Shown one piece after another: positions 20,317 through 30,577 of a stretch of 64,000 nt of DNA (position 1 is the first letter of the stretch; every line of letters starts with the position of its first letter). The notes under the pieces are model-generated. The model searched no databases and had not been told where the DNA came from. It saw only the letters and a program-made list of their open reading frames with translations. This DNA comes from an uncultured Collinsella sp. (GTDB taxonomy: Bacteria; Actinomycetota; Coriobacteriia; Coriobacteriales; Coriobacteriaceae): NCBI GenBank assembly GCA_905209765.1, contig CAJLUE010000004.1, positions 985 to 64,984 on the forward strand, read 5' to 3'. A program made the translations under genes and the position numbers.

Positions 20317-20343
20317 GTTACGCGGTTCGTAGAACCGCGTAAC
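20317..20343. repeat. Hairpin after the lysS stop, with a near-identical copy at 24833-24860
   Basis: gttacgcggtt-N5-aaccgcgtaac. Confidence 0.7.
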
Positions 20344-20346
20344 TAG

Positions 20347-22311
20347 TTAGTACATCTTTGCGCCGGCAGGGATGGAGGCGTCGAGCTGGATCAGGTTGAG
20401 GCGCTCCTCGCCCTCCTCCTCGTGGATGGCGCTGATGAGCATGCCGCAGCTGGGGATACCCATCATCTTGCGCGGAGGCAGGTTGGTGATGGCAAGCAAG
20501 GTCTTGCCGACCAGGTCCTCGGGCTCGTAATAATCGTGAATACCGGAGAGGATGGTGCGGTCGGTGCCGGTGCCGTCATCGAGCGTAAAGTTCAGCAGCT
20601 TCTTGGACTTCTTGACGGCCTCGCATGCCTTGACCTTCACGGCGCGGAAGTCGCTCTTGGAGAAGGTATCAAAGTCGACGAACTCCTCAAACAGCGGCTC
20701 GACGGCAATCTTGGAATAATCAACCGTGGGCTTGAGCGGCTTGACGAAGGGGCTCGCGGTGTTGCCGGCCTCGGCAGCCTTGGCAGCAGCGGCACCGGAC
20801 TGGAAACCCTTCTCGGGCTTCATGTGCGGGAACAGCAGCACGTCGCGGATGGAAGCCTGGTTGGTGAGCAGCATGACCACGCGGTCGATACCAATGCCGA
20901 TGCCGCCCGCGGGAGGCATACCGTACTCAAGGGCGCGCACGTAGTCCTCGTCGTACTCCATGGCCTCGTCGTCGCCGCCGGCCTTCTCGGCCATCTGGGC
21001 AGCGAAGCGCTCGGCCTGGTCGACCGGGTCGTTGAGCTCGGAGAACGCGTTCGCGTACTCGTGGCCGGCGATGACCAACTCAAAGCGATGGGTCAGGCGC
21101 GGGTCATCCTCAAAGCGCTTGGCAAGCGGGCTAACCTCGATGGGGTAATCGCACACGAAGGTGGGGTTGACGATGGTGTCCTCGCCCAGCTCATCGTAGA
21201 TCTCGGCGATGATCTTGCCGGCGGTCCACTCGGGCTTGATCTCCAGGCCCTTCTCGCGCGCGGCGGCGGCAAGCTCCTCGACCGGCGTATCGATGGTGAC
21301 TTTCTTGCCGAGCACGTCAGAGACAATATCAGTCATGGGGCGGCTTGCCCACTCACCGGAAAGATCGATGGTCTGACCCTGGTACTCGATGACCTCGGGG
21401 TTGCCGATGGCCTTGTTGGCAGCCTTGATGACGCCCTGGGCGAGCGCCTTCATGCCCTCGAGGTCGGAGAAGGCGCGGTAGGCCTCCATCGTGGTGAACT
21501 CGGGGTTGTGGGTAAGGTCCATGCCCTCGTTACGGAAGATACGGCCGATCTCGAACACGCGCTCAAAGCCACCGACGATGCAGCGCTTGAGGTGCAGCTC
21601 GGTGGCGATACGCAGGTAGCACTCCTGATCGAGAGCGTTGAAGTGCGTGATGAACGGCTTGGCAGTAGCTCCGCCCTGGATGGTCTGCAGGATAGGGGTC
21701 TCGACCTCCATGTAGCCATCGGACTCCATAAAGCGGCGGAACGTGGAGAGAATCTGCGAACGCTTGCGGAAGGTCTCGCGAACGTCGTCGTTGGCGATCA
21801 GGTCGACATAGCGCTGACGATAGCGGGTCTCCTTGTCGGAGAGACCGTGGAACTTCTCGGGCAGCGGGCGAACGGCCTTGGACAGCAGCGTCGCGCTCTT
21901 GGGGGCAACGGAAAGCTGGCCACGCTTGGTGCGCACGACTACGCCGGCCACGCCCAGGATATCGCCTAGGTCGAGTGCCTTGAGCGTATTCCAGGCGGCC
22001 TCGTCCATGTCGTTGATGCGGCAGAACAGCTGGATCTCGCCAGTCGCATCGCGCACGACGATGAACATGATCTTGCCCTGACCGCGCTTGGCGACCACGC
22101 GGCCGGCGATCTTCACGACGTCCTCGGTGTCCTCGCCATCGGCAAGCTCGGCATACTTAGTCTCGATGTCGACGACGTAGTCCTCAACCTCGGAGTGCTC
22201 GGGATAGGGGTTCTGGCCCGCCTCGAACAGGGCGGCGCGCTTGGCCAGGCGGGTGGCGCGCTCGTCGTTGAGCGTCGATGCCTGATCGGCGGCGTTCTGG
22301 TTCTCTGCCAT
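20347..22311 (-). CDS. lysS: Lysine--tRNA ligase (class II) with a C-terminal Trbp111/MetRS-like tRNA-binding domain
   Basis: RYRQRYVDL, GGATAKPF.TH, FRNEG, HNPEFT, EYGMPP.GG.GIGIDR; after residue ~500: DFRAVKV..C..V..SKKLL, RTILSGI, NLPPRKMMGIPSCGM. Confidence 0.96.
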   Translation of the reverse strand: MAENQNAADQASTLNDERATRLAKRAALFEAGQNPYPEHSEVEDYVVDIETKYAELADGEDTEDVVKIAGRVVAKRGQGKIMFIVVRDATGEIQLFCRINDMDEAAWNTLKALDLGDILGVAGVVVRTKRGQLSVAPKSATLLSKAVRPLPEKFHGLSDKETRYRQRYVDLIANDDVRETFRKRSQILSTFRRFMESDGYMEVETPILQTIQGGATAKPFITHFNALDQECYLRIATELHLKRCIVGGFERVFEIGRIFRNEGMDLTHNPEFTTMEAYRAFSDLEGMKALAQGVIKAANKAIGNPEVIEYQGQTIDLSGEWASRPMTDIVSDVLGKKVTIDTPVEELAAAAREKGLEIKPEWTAGKIIAEIYDELGEDTIVNPTFVCDYPIEVSPLAKRFEDDPRLTHRFELVIAGHEYANAFSELNDPVDQAERFAAQMAEKAGGDDEAMEYDEDYVRALEYGMPPAGGIGIGIDRVVMLLTNQASIRDVLLFPHMKPEKGFQSGAAAAKAAEAGNTASPFVKPLKPTVDYSKIAVEPLFEEFVDFDTFSKSDFRAVKVKACEAVKKSKKLLNFTLDDGTGTDRTILSGIHDYYEPEDLVGKTLLAITNLPPRKMMGIPSCGMLISAIHEEEGEERLNLIQLDASIPAGAKMY

Positions 22312-22390
22312 AAGTTAGCTCCTCAAACTAAAACGCTCCCCAGGATTCGGTCCCAGGGAGCGAAAACATACCTTTACGCGGGACCGTGGT

Positions 22391-22861
22391 CTAGCGTGCG
22401 ATCTTGGCGATGGTGTAGACGCGAGTCTTGCCGGAAGGCGTAACGACCTCGACGGAGTCGCCCTCGCCATGACCAATGATGGCGTGGCCGACCGGAGACT
22501 CGTTGGAAATCTTGTGCTCGAGCGAGTTGGTCTCGGTGGTACCGACGAGCGTGACCTCCATGACCTCACCGTTGGGATCAATCAACGAAACGGTGGAACC
22601 GATGGAGACGGTCAGATCACCCGTGGTGGCAGCAACCTGGGCGTTGGCGAGAATAGCCTGAATCTCGGCGATACGAGCGGCATTCTGGGCCTGCTTGTCC
22701 TTGGCGGCATCGTACTCGGAGTTCTCCGAAAGGTCACCGAACGCGCGGGCCTCCTTGATGTCCTCGACGATCTCCTTGGCGTAATCGCCCTCACGCCAAG
22801 CGAGCTCCTCGACGAGCTTCTGGCGGCCCTCAGCGGTCAGTACGATCTGGCTTGCGTCCAT
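22391..22861 (-). CDS. greA: Transcription elongation factor GreA
   Basis: ARAFGDLSENSEYDAAK and ISNESPVG motifs. Confidence 0.96.
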   Translation of the reverse strand: MDASQIVLTAEGRQKLVEELAWREGDYAKEIVEDIKEARAFGDLSENSEYDAAKDKQAQNAARIAEIQAILANAQVAATTGDLTVSIGSTVSLIDPNGEVMEVTLVGTTETNSLEHKISNESPVGHAIIGHGEGDSVEVVTPSGKTRVYTIAKIAR

Positions 22862-22968
22862 ACGGATATCTCCCCAACTATGATGTAACGATCAACTGTC
22901 AACAAAAACGAAAAAGACCGGCTAGCCTGCGGGCAAGCCGGTCAGGTGCTCACCCCAAAGGGATGGGA

Positions 22969-23244
22969 CTACTCTGCGTCCGCGTCGCTGTCCTCTGCCT
23001 TCTTTTGCTTGGCAGCAGCGAGCTTGGCCTCGAGCTCTGCGATCTCCTTGTCCTCCTTGGACTCCTCGACCACAACGTCCTCGGCCTGCTTGGTTTCGCC
23101 CTTATCGTCGCCCTCCATGCCCTCACGGATATTCTTGACGGTAGAGCCGAGGGACTTACCGAGCTTCGGCAGGTTCTTGGGCCCAAAGATAATCAGGACA
23201 ACGACGAGAATAATGATGAGCTCAGGAGCCCTCAGTCCAAACAT
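22969..23244 (-). CDS. tatA: Sec-independent protein translocase TatA/E
   Basis: [33 protein letters not shown]; start reset to ATG 23244 (RBS GGAGG). Confidence 0.92.
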   Translation of the reverse strand: MFGLRAPELIIILVVVLIIFGPKNLPKLGKSLGSTVKNIREGMEGDDKGETKQAEDVVVEESKEDKEIAELEAKLAAAKQKKAEDSDADAE

Positions 23245-23356
23245 GTAGACCTCCACAATACAGCGAGACAAGCTCGAATGAGTATACCGCGGGTATCGCG
23301 GTATCACAACAATAGCTAAAAAAAGGGACCGCAAGAAGCGGTCCCTCCTCATGCTC

Positions 23357-23433
23357 TGGTCGGGTTGACTGGATTTGAACCAGCGACCCCTGCGTCCCGA
23401 ACGCAGTGCTCTACCAAACTGAGCCACAACCCG
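23357..23433 (-). tRNA. tRNA-Pro (CGG)
   Basis: CGGGTTGTGGCTCAGTTTGGTAGAGCACTGCGTTCGGGACGCAGGGGTCGCTGGTTCAAATCCAGTCAACCCGACCA forms a cloverleaf with encoded CCA. Confidence 0.97.
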
Positions 23434-23482
23434 TTAGCTCGACTATAGTAACAAAGATTTCCGTCGTGTGCCAGAGATATTT

Positions 23483-24379
23483 TTACTTCTTTGGCGCTTC
23501 AATGCGAACCGTGTCGGAAACGAGCTCCGTTGCATAAGCCCACCAGCCGTTTTGTTGAGCGTCTGCCGCAAGATTGACTGCCGTGGCGGCGGTATCACAG
23601 AGAGCAAACGAGCAGGCACCCGAACCGCACACGTTTACGGCAATGGTACCGTCCTGTGAACGAAGCCAGTCAAGCACCGTTTGAATCCGCGGCTCCATCT
23701 GCGCGGAAATGACACCCAGGTTGTTGTGGACGAGCGCGTAGGCCGCCTCTGCATCTCCCGAGCGAAGGGCAGATGCGATCGCTCCGGGCTTGTCCGCAGG
23801 CGCTGGGGTCTCGTCAAAACGTCGATAGGCTTCAATTGTTGAAACGCTTGCCTCGCGCGGCTTGACCAGCACGACGGGTGTCGCGGGTAGTGCGGGGTAC
23901 TCGGTTGCCAGCACGTCTCCCCCACCCACGTAAAATGCAGGGCTGGCATGCAAAAAGAAGGGAACGTCAGCGCCAATGCCGCGCGCGATGTTGTCCAGCG
24001 CGGGATCGGCACGGTCGATGCCCCAACTCTCTGCCAAGGCGACAATGACCGCCGCGGCATCCGTCGAAGGACCGCCCAGGCCGGCACACAACGGGATGCG
24101 CTTCTCGATCGTGATGCAGACATTGGCTTCGCGACCATAATGCTCGGCCATAGCAGCGGCCGCACGATACGCCGTATTCTTTTGCATGGGAAAGTCGGAT
24201 GCCGGAATCGTCTGGACGGTCAGTGCCTGTGCCGGCGTAACCGTAACGGTATCAACAAGACCGACGGCTGCCATCAGGGAATCGACCTTATGGTAGCCGC
24301 GGTCGTCGCGCTCGGTATGAACCCCCAGATAGAGGTTGATCTTTGCCGGCGCGGAAAGGGTCAGGGACCAATCGGTCAC
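23483..24379 (-). CDS. ispE: 4-diphosphocytidyl-2-C-methyl-D-erythritol kinase
   Basis: APAKINLYL, KRIP..AGLGG.STDAA, IGADVPFF, GSG motifs. Confidence 0.95.
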   Translation of the reverse strand: MTDWSLTLSAPAKINLYLGVHTERDDRGYHKVDSLMAAVGLVDTVTVTPAQALTVQTIPASDFPMQKNTAYRAAAAMAEHYGREANVCITIEKRIPLCAGLGGPSTDAAAVIVALAESWGIDRADPALDNIARGIGADVPFFLHASPAFYVGGGDVLATEYPALPATPVVLVKPREASVSTIEAYRRFDETPAPADKPGAIASALRSGDAEAAYALVHNNLGVISAQMEPRIQTVLDWLRSQDGTIAVNVCGSGACSFALCDTAATAVNLAADAQQNGWWAYATELVSDTVRIEAPKK

Positions 24380-24381
24380 CG

Positions 24382-24678
24382 CTAGTGCTCCTCGAGCTGA
24401 TTGCCGAGCGGGGTAAAAATGTGCTCGCCGCTCTCGGGGTCGAACAGCTCGACCTGGCCGGTGAGAACATCAATATACTGGTAGGACTGACGCGACTTGC
24501 GGCCACGGCGCTCGTCGACCTCGACGATAAAGACTGCCGGATGGACGCTCTTGATGGTGCCCATGCGCTCGACGACGCGGGTGCGGCCCATGTTAGCCTT
24601 CACCTTAACGCGATCGCCCACCATATCGGTCAGCTTCTCGTGGATGTCGTCGACGTGATTGACTTCCATCTCTTCCAT
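24382..24678 (-). CDS. veg: Veg family protein
   Basis: VG.RVKVKANMGR...G.I..V.P.VF.V...SYQYIDVLT; veg-ispE synteny. Confidence 0.85.
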   Translation of the reverse strand: MEEMEVNHVDDIHEKLTDMVGDRVKVKANMGRTRVVERMGTIKSVHPAVFIVEVDERRGRKSRQSYQYIDVLTGQVELFDPESGEHIFTPLGNQLEEH

Positions 24679-24860
24679 GAACAGGGCCTCCAGAAGGTGC
24701 AATTCAAAAAGGGGATAATACCCCTAAGATAGACAAAACTCTAATACTATAGCACCCTGCTGCAGTCATATGCAAGCAGCTAAAAAGCCCCGTCTCAAAT
24801 ACGTACCAGACAACAACCTCGCATGACCAGTTGTTACGCGGTTTGGTAAAACCGCGTAAC

Positions 24861-25307
24861 CTAAAGATTGTCGGTATCGAGGACGATGGTGAATGGGCCG
24901 TCGTTGACGAGATCGACCTTCATGTCGGCACCGAAGATGCCATGCGCTACGTGCTCGACGTCCTCGCGCACAAGCGTCAGGAAGTACTCGTAGAGCTCGT
25001 TGGCGACATCGGGGGCGCCAGCATCCGTAAACGATGGACGGCGGCCGTGACGGCAATCGGCGAACAGCGTGAACTGCGACACCACGAGAACCTCGCCGTC
25101 GACATCGGCAAGTGCCAGGTTGGTCTTGCCGTTCTCGTCCTCGTTAATGCGCAAGCCCCGGAGCTTGCCCCACAGCTTATCGGCCTCGGCGCGCGTGTCG
25201 CCGTGGCCCACGCCCAGCAGCACCAGATAGCCGCGCCCGATTTTGCCCACGCACTCGCCGTCGACCGTCACGCCGGCGTTGAGCACGCGCTGCACCACCG
25301 CACGCAC
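24861..25307 (-). CDS. dtd: D-aminoacyl-tRNA deacylase
   Basis: MRAVVQRV, VSQFTL, GRRPSF, FGADM.V.LVNDGP.T. Confidence 0.96.
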   Translation of the reverse strand: MRAVVQRVLNAGVTVDGECVGKIGRGYLVLLGVGHGDTRAEADKLWGKLRGLRINEDENGKTNLALADVDGEVLVVSQFTLFADCRHGRRPSFTDAGAPDVANELYEYFLTLVREDVEHVAHGIFGADMKVDLVNDGPFTIVLDTDNL

Positions 25308-25310
25308 GGC

Positions 25311-25952
25311 CTACTCCTCGCCCGTCAGTTTGGCGGATAGGTGCTCGAGCGCATGGAATCGATGGCTGATGGCGTTCTTCTCGTCCGCCGTCAGCTCGGC
25401 CATGGTCTTGCCCGGCGTGTCGACCGGCAGGAACAGCGGGTCGTAGCCAAAGCCGTGATCGCCGCGACCCTCGTGTGCGATAACGCCCTCGCAGGCGCCC
25501 TCACCATAGGTGACCAAACCATCCGTGTCGATGAGCGCGACGACGCTCATAAAGCGCGCAGTGCGGTCCTCGTCGGCCACGCCCTCCAGATTCACGAGCA
25601 GTTTGGCATTGTTGGCGGCATCGTCGCCGTGAACGCCCGCGTAGCGCGCGCTATACACACCGGGCTCACCATCCAGCGCGTCAACGACCAGGCCCGAATC
25701 GTCGGCAATGGCCATGAGCCCCGTCTCTTCGACGGCAGCCTGCGCCTTGATGATGGCGTTCTCCAAAAACGTCGTGCCGTTTTCCTCGGGGTCCTCAAAA
25801 TCGCCCAGCTGGCCGAGTGCCACAAAGCGAACCTCGGGCATAACCTTGCCCAAAATGGCCTCGATCTCGATGAGCTTATGGGCGTTGCCCGTTGCCACGA
25901 CGATGGTCGCCGCCGGGTCGAGGGTGTCGATGTCGATCTTCTCAAGTGCCAT
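25311..25952 (-). CDS. rdgB: Non-canonical purine NTP pyrophosphatase RdgB/HAM1
   Basis: ATGNAHK, ADDSGL, PGVYSARY, GFGYDP.F, KNAISHR. Confidence 0.95.
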   Translation of the reverse strand: MALEKIDIDTLDPAATIVVATGNAHKLIEIEAILGKVMPEVRFVALGQLGDFEDPEENGTTFLENAIIKAQAAVEETGLMAIADDSGLVVDALDGEPGVYSARYAGVHGDDAANNAKLLVNLEGVADEDRTARFMSVVALIDTDGLVTYGEGACEGVIAHEGRGDHGFGYDPLFLPVDTPGKTMAELTADEKNAISHRFHALEHLSAKLTGEE

Positions 25953-26052
25953 GAGTGGCCTCCTTGTTCTTATAACAACGCCACACAAAAGGTAATTAGG
26001 CTCTCAAGCCCCTCCCCTCGTGCGGCAGCAGCCTTACAGTTCAGCGTTTCCG

Positions 26053-26096
26053 CAGATAAAACCTGCCAAAATAAACCTGTCCCTTTTTGGCAGGTT
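26053..26096. repeat. Dispersed 44-bp repeat; other copies at 53491-53532 and, inverted, 58356-58399
   Basis: cagataaaacctgccaaaataaacctgtccctttttggcaggtt; 12-bp stem around a CCTGTCCC loop. Confidence 0.85.
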
Positions 26097-26820
26097 AGGC
26101 GAGGGCTTGGCGCTGGAGCTCGATGAGCTCGGCAATGCCCTTGTCGCCCAAATCGAGCAGGGCATTGAGGCGCTTGCGGTCGAAGGGCGCCTGCTCGCCA
26201 GTGCCCTGGAGCTCAATCATCTCGCCGGTGTCGGTAGCGACGAGATTCATGTCGACCTCGGCGTGACTGTCCTCGGAATAATCCAGGTCGAGCAGGGTGT
26301 TGCCATCGACAACGCCCATGGAAATCGCGGCGACCTGGCCCGTGAGCGGGATGCGCTCGAGCTTACCCGCCTCGACCCACATGGCAAGGGCGTCGTGCAG
26401 TGCCACCCAGGCGCCGGTAATGCTCGCCGTACGCGTGCCGCCGTCTGCCTGAATCACGTCACAGTCGACGGTGACGGTGTACTCTCCAAGCGCCTTCATG
26501 TTGACGACGGTGCGCAGGCTACGGCCGATGAGGCGCTCAATCTCCATGGAGCGACCCTTGCGGTTGGCGTGCTCGCGCTTGCAGCGCTTGCCGGTCGATG
26601 CCGGCAGCATGGCGTACTCCGCCGTTACCCAACCGGCCTTGGCGCCCTTGCGCCAGCCCGGCACGCCCTCCTCGATGGTGGCAGCGCACAGCACGCGCGT
26701 ATCGCCAAACTCGGCCAGGCACGAACCGTGGGCGTGCTTCATGACGCCACGGGTGAGCTTAACGGGGCGCAACTCGTTGGCGGCGCGACCGTTGGCGCGG
26801 TTGACCTGCATGTACTCCAT
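26095..26820 (-). CDS. rph: Ribonuclease PH
   Basis: [47 protein letters not shown]. Confidence 0.97.
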   Translation of the reverse strand: MEYMQVNRANGRAANELRPVKLTRGVMKHAHGSCLAEFGDTRVLCAATIEEGVPGWRKGAKAGWVTAEYAMLPASTGKRCKREHANRKGRSMEIERLIGRSLRTVVNMKALGEYTVTVDCDVIQADGGTRTASITGAWVALHDALAMWVEAGKLERIPLTGQVAAISMGVVDGNTLLDLDYSEDSHAEVDMNLVATDTGEMIELQGTGEQAPFDRKRLNALLDLGDKGIAELIELQRQALA

Positions 26821-26875
26821 GGAAAAATCCTTTCGGCAAAAGGTGAACGTGAGCCTTTGGTCGGTGACCTTGTAT

Positions 26876-27760
26876 CTATTTCAGTTCGTCGATATCGATA
26901 TGCTCAATGCTCTTGAGCGGCTGGCCAAAGATAAAACTGCCCGCCACCGCAAACTCGGCAATGTTATCGGACGTCGTTGCAAAACGATGCTGCGGCTCGG
27001 CTGCGTCGCCCGCCAGCTGCTCGCGGCGCGTGAGAATATCGGTCAACTCACGCGTGGTCTCCTCGGCGGAGCTCACCACGCGCACTCCGGGACCCAGCGC
27101 ATGGCGAATAGGCCCCACGAGCAGCGGAAAATGCGTGCAGCCGAGCACCACGGTATCGATGCCGTGGTCGCGCAGCGGTTCAACCGTGGCACCGACCAGC
27201 GCGCGTACGGCAGGCGTATCAAAGATGTCCTCGTTCTCGAGCCACTGCTCTTGCAGATGTGCGCCCGAGGCGAGCTCGTGCTCAACGACCTCGACAAAGC
27301 TCGAGGCAGGGCAGCCGTATACGTCGACGCCGGCATCCAGGTCCTGAATGGCACGCGTGTAAGCGCCTGAGCGAATGGTGAGGTTGGTGGCGAGCACGCC
27401 CACCCGGCGCGTGCGGGTGCTGTTGATTGCCGCGCGTGCGCCCGGTGCAATCACACCGATGACGGGGACGTCGAGCACCTGCTGGGCCAAACGCAAGGCC
27501 GCAGCGGTCGCCGTATTGCAGGCGATGACCATGATCTTGACGTCGTGCTTCGACAGCCAGCGGCCCGCCTGCAGTGCAAACGAGCGCACCTCGTCCTCGG
27601 TGCGGGTGCCGTAGGGACAGCGCTTGGTGTCGCCAAAGTAGTAGACGGACTCGTGCGGCAACGCCGTCGCAATCGCGCGCGCAACCGTCAGACCACCCAG
27701 TCCCGAGTCGAATACGCCAATGGGGCGTGTGTCGCCAGCCAGATTCTCGATATCGGACAT
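26876..27760 (-). CDS. murI: Glutamate racemase
   Basis: [29 protein letters not shown]. Confidence 0.96.
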   Translation of the reverse strand: MSDIENLAGDTRPIGVFDSGLGGLTVARAIATALPHESVYYFGDTKRCPYGTRTEDEVRSFALQAGRWLSKHDVKIMVIACNTATAAALRLAQQVLDVPVIGVIAPGARAAINSTRTRRVGVLATNLTIRSGAYTRAIQDLDAGVDVYGCPASSFVEVVEHELASGAHLQEQWLENEDIFDTPAVRALVGATVEPLRDHGIDTVVLGCTHFPLLVGPIRHALGPGVRVVSSAEETTRELTDILTRREQLAGDAAEPQHRFATTSDNIAEFAVAGSFIFGQPLKSIEHIDIDELK

Positions 27761-27813
27761 TACCTCACCAGATTCTCTCTCGAAAAGATATGGCTCAGCG
27801 CGATAGGACCGCA

Positions 27814-28725
27814 CTACGAACGGGCCGCGACGAGCAGCTCTGCCGTTGCCGCCCAGCCGTCGACAATCTTGCCGCGCGTGACGTAGGCGTTATCGCAGGT
27901 ATCCAGGAACTCGGGCGCGCCGGCGCTGGTCAAACCGTTCTCGACCAGGCAGAACGTGCCCACGTGGTCAGCCATGTAGAAGTCGGACTCGGAATCGCCG
28001 AGCGCCAGCGTCTCCTCGCGCTCGATACCCAGGTGCTCGCAGAAACGTGCGATGGCAACGCCCTTGTTGAGGCCGGCGGGATTGATGTTAAACGCGCGGC
28101 CATCCTCGACGCGTTCGAGCTCGAGCGTCGTCGGCTTGGACAGATGCGTCAGGTGACCGTTGCAGGCCCAGACCAGGCCGCAGCCGGCCTCGTCCAGGAT
28201 GGCCTGGACCTCGTCGTCGGGCACATCGCCGCGCATGCCGACGGTGACCTCGCGGTATTTGTAGCCAGTCGACATGTCGTTGTGGTACTCGATCTTATGC
28301 GGCCAGCGGGCGAGAATCTTCTCGCACACACCGGTCTGCTCGATCACCTGATGCGGCGTGAGGCCGCAAGCGGGGTCGTAGGGCATATCGCCGGTCAGGT
28401 ACTCCCAATCGTTGGCCTTGAGGTCGTACATGACCAGACCACCCATCTCGCCGATGTAGGAGTTGAGGCCTAGCACGCGCGCATCCTCGTGGATCATGGT
28501 GCGGTTGCGGCCCGAGGCGGGAACCACCTGTATGCCGGCGCGGGCAAGTGCCACGACAGCCTCGACGAGCTTGGTCGAGGGGTTGCCGTCGTTGTCGCGC
28601 AGCACGCACGAGCCGGGCGCGAGCATGGTGGCGTCCAGGTCGGTAAAGACGTACTTAACCTTGGCAAGACGCTCACGCATCTCGCCCGAAAGCTCAGCGA
28701 CGGTCGGCAGGGTATTGTGGGACAT
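27814..28725 (-). CDS. HAD-superfamily (Cof-like, subfamily IIB) hydrolase
   Basis: FTDLDATML, ASGR, NKG, LGDSESD motifs. Confidence 0.85.
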   Translation of the reverse strand: MSHNTLPTVAELSGEMRERLAKVKYVFTDLDATMLAPGSCVLRDNDGNPSTKLVEAVVALARAGIQVVPASGRNRTMIHEDARVLGLNSYIGEMGGLVMYDLKANDWEYLTGDMPYDPACGLTPHQVIEQTGVCEKILARWPHKIEYHNDMSTGYKYREVTVGMRGDVPDDEVQAILDEAGCGLVWACNGHLTHLSKPTTLELERVEDGRAFNINPAGLNKGVAIARFCEHLGIEREETLALGDSESDFYMADHVGTFCLVENGLTSAGAPEFLDTCDNAYVTRGKIVDGWAATAELLVAARS

Positions 28726-28759
28726 GGTCACTCCATTTACGTAGAAGGGGCTTCTGGTC

Positions 28760-30277
28760 TTAGGCATCGTACGCCGCAAGGATGCGCTTGAGAATCGAAC
28801 CGTCGCGCTCGCAAGGCTCGGGTCCGTTCTTGCGCAGCATACACTCTTCCTCGCCCTTACCGGTCACGATGACCACGGCAGGACGGACGGTCTCGCGCAC
28901 GGCAGTCTCGATAGCGGCAACGCGATCAGTCACGATTTGCCAGTTATCATTTCCCTGCGCTTGAACGTTGCGCGCGATCTCGGCGCAAATATCCTCGACA
29001 TCCTCGGGGCCGGGGTCATCCTCGGTAATCACGATTCGGTCGGCATACTTGCCAGCGGCGATGCCCATCGTGGTGCGTCGATCGACACCCTTACCGCCCG
29101 TAGCGCCAAATACAACCGCCAGCTCGCGCTCGGGATAGTTCTCGCGCAAGTCGCGCAGAAGTGTCTCGAGGCTCATGCCGTTATGTGCAAAATCGACGAC
29201 GCCCAAGATTTTGCCCGATACGGACGGATAGAGCTCCATACGGCCAGGAACGAAGACGCCCTCAAAGCCATGGACGATACCCTCTTCGGAAATGCCCAGG
29301 GCCTCGGCGCAGGCAATAGCGGCAAGCGCGTTGGACACATTGAATTTAACCGGCGTGGGAATCACAATGTCGCGCGTAAAGCGGGGCGTGCGCACCGTTG
29401 CCACCACGCCGCAGTCGCCATTACGAATCGCCAGCGCAAGCACGTCGGCACGCTCGTCGGTCAGGGAGAACGTCACCGTGCGCTCGCAACGAGATGCCGC
29501 CTCGAGCACACGATCGACCTTATCCATATCGAGATTGACCACGGCAAAACGGCTCTGCGAGAAGATTTTGAGCTTGCTGGCAAAGTAATCCTCGAGTGTC
29601 GGATGCTCAATCGGCGAAATGTGATCCTCGCCGATATTGGTAAAGGCGCCGACTTCAAAGGCGATCTTGCCTGTGCGCTCGTATTTGAGGCCCTGGCTCG
29701 ATGCCTCCATAACCAGCCACGGGGCACCCGCCTCCGCAGCATGCGCGATGCGAGACTGCAGCAGGAAGGATTCGGGGGTCGTCAGTTTGGAAGGGCCTGC
29801 CTCGATGCCGTCGTCGAACTCAATGCCCGTATTAAGAGCGGGTCGATGACAACCAGTAAGCTTGGCCTCGTTGGCGAGAATGCCACGCAGATAAAAGCTG
29901 CAGGTCGACTTGCCCTTGGTGCCTGTAAAGGCGCAGACCTTCACCTTACCCGACGGGTGCCCATAAAAGGCATCTGCCACCACAGCGAGCGTGCGACGAA
30001 TATCACTCACAATCACCGCGGGAACATCGACATCGCAATCGACCTCGGAAACGTAGGCCACGGCGCCATCGGCGATTGCCGAAAGCAGGTACTCGCGCTT
30101 AAACGCGCGGCCCTTGCAGACAAACAACGTGCCCGGACGCACCTGGCGCGAGTCATCAGTCGCAAACTCAATGCGCTGGTCGCACGAAGCGCTCGGTCTG
30201 GAAACAACAAGGTCATCTTCCTCGAGCAACTCTATATAGCGCATCAGAGTTAGCTTCTCTTGTGTCGGACTCGACAT
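28760..30277 (-). CDS. murE: MurE-family UDP-MurNAc-tripeptide ligase
   Basis: DSRQV.PG.LFV, TGTKGKST, LTTPES, MEASSQ, DHISP.EH, VPGRME, VDFAHN, TEDDP, GKG. Confidence 0.88.
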   Translation of the reverse strand: MSSPTQEKLTLMRYIELLEEDDLVVSRPSASCDQRIEFATDDSRQVRPGTLFVCKGRAFKREYLLSAIADGAVAYVSEVDCDVDVPAVIVSDIRRTLAVVADAFYGHPSGKVKVCAFTGTKGKSTCSFYLRGILANEAKLTGCHRPALNTGIEFDDGIEAGPSKLTTPESFLLQSRIAHAAEAGAPWLVMEASSQGLKYERTGKIAFEVGAFTNIGEDHISPIEHPTLEDYFASKLKIFSQSRFAVVNLDMDKVDRVLEAASRCERTVTFSLTDERADVLALAIRNGDCGVVATVRTPRFTRDIVIPTPVKFNVSNALAAIACAEALGISEEGIVHGFEGVFVPGRMELYPSVSGKILGVVDFAHNGMSLETLLRDLRENYPERELAVVFGATGGKGVDRRTTMGIAAGKYADRIVITEDDPGPEDVEDICAEIARNVQAQGNDNWQIVTDRVAAIETAVRETVRPAVVIVTGKGEEECMLRKNGPEPCERDGSILKRILAAYDA

Positions 30278-30577
30278 ACAAAGACCTCTCTCGCTAAATT
30301 CAGCCTCAATTGCCTCGAGACCAAACCGATTCAACAAAACCCTTTCAATACTAGCAGCCATCGTAATATGCCGCCCAATCTTGTATCGGGCACAGATTGC
30401 TAAATCTTGGAACCGCTACCGGAAGCCCGGACGAGTCACGCCGTGGTTTTTTCGGTTCGCTCGGCGCTTATGCCCTATCACGAAACAAAAGATTGGCATG
30501 ATAGTAAAGATTATTTGACATCAGCTGCCGCGATCCTTGCGGCAGTACACCTGAGCCGTCAGCAGAAAGGATCTTGC

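Noticed and set aside
22312..22390. T-box leader before lysS or cysS
   Set aside because: The intergenic spaces are too short (79 bp and 3 bp) and no T-box consensus is seen; only a simple hairpin precedes lysS.
22969..23427. 152-aa TatA with an N-terminal extension
   Set aside because: The extension reads through tRNA-Pro and its terminator; the real start is 23244.
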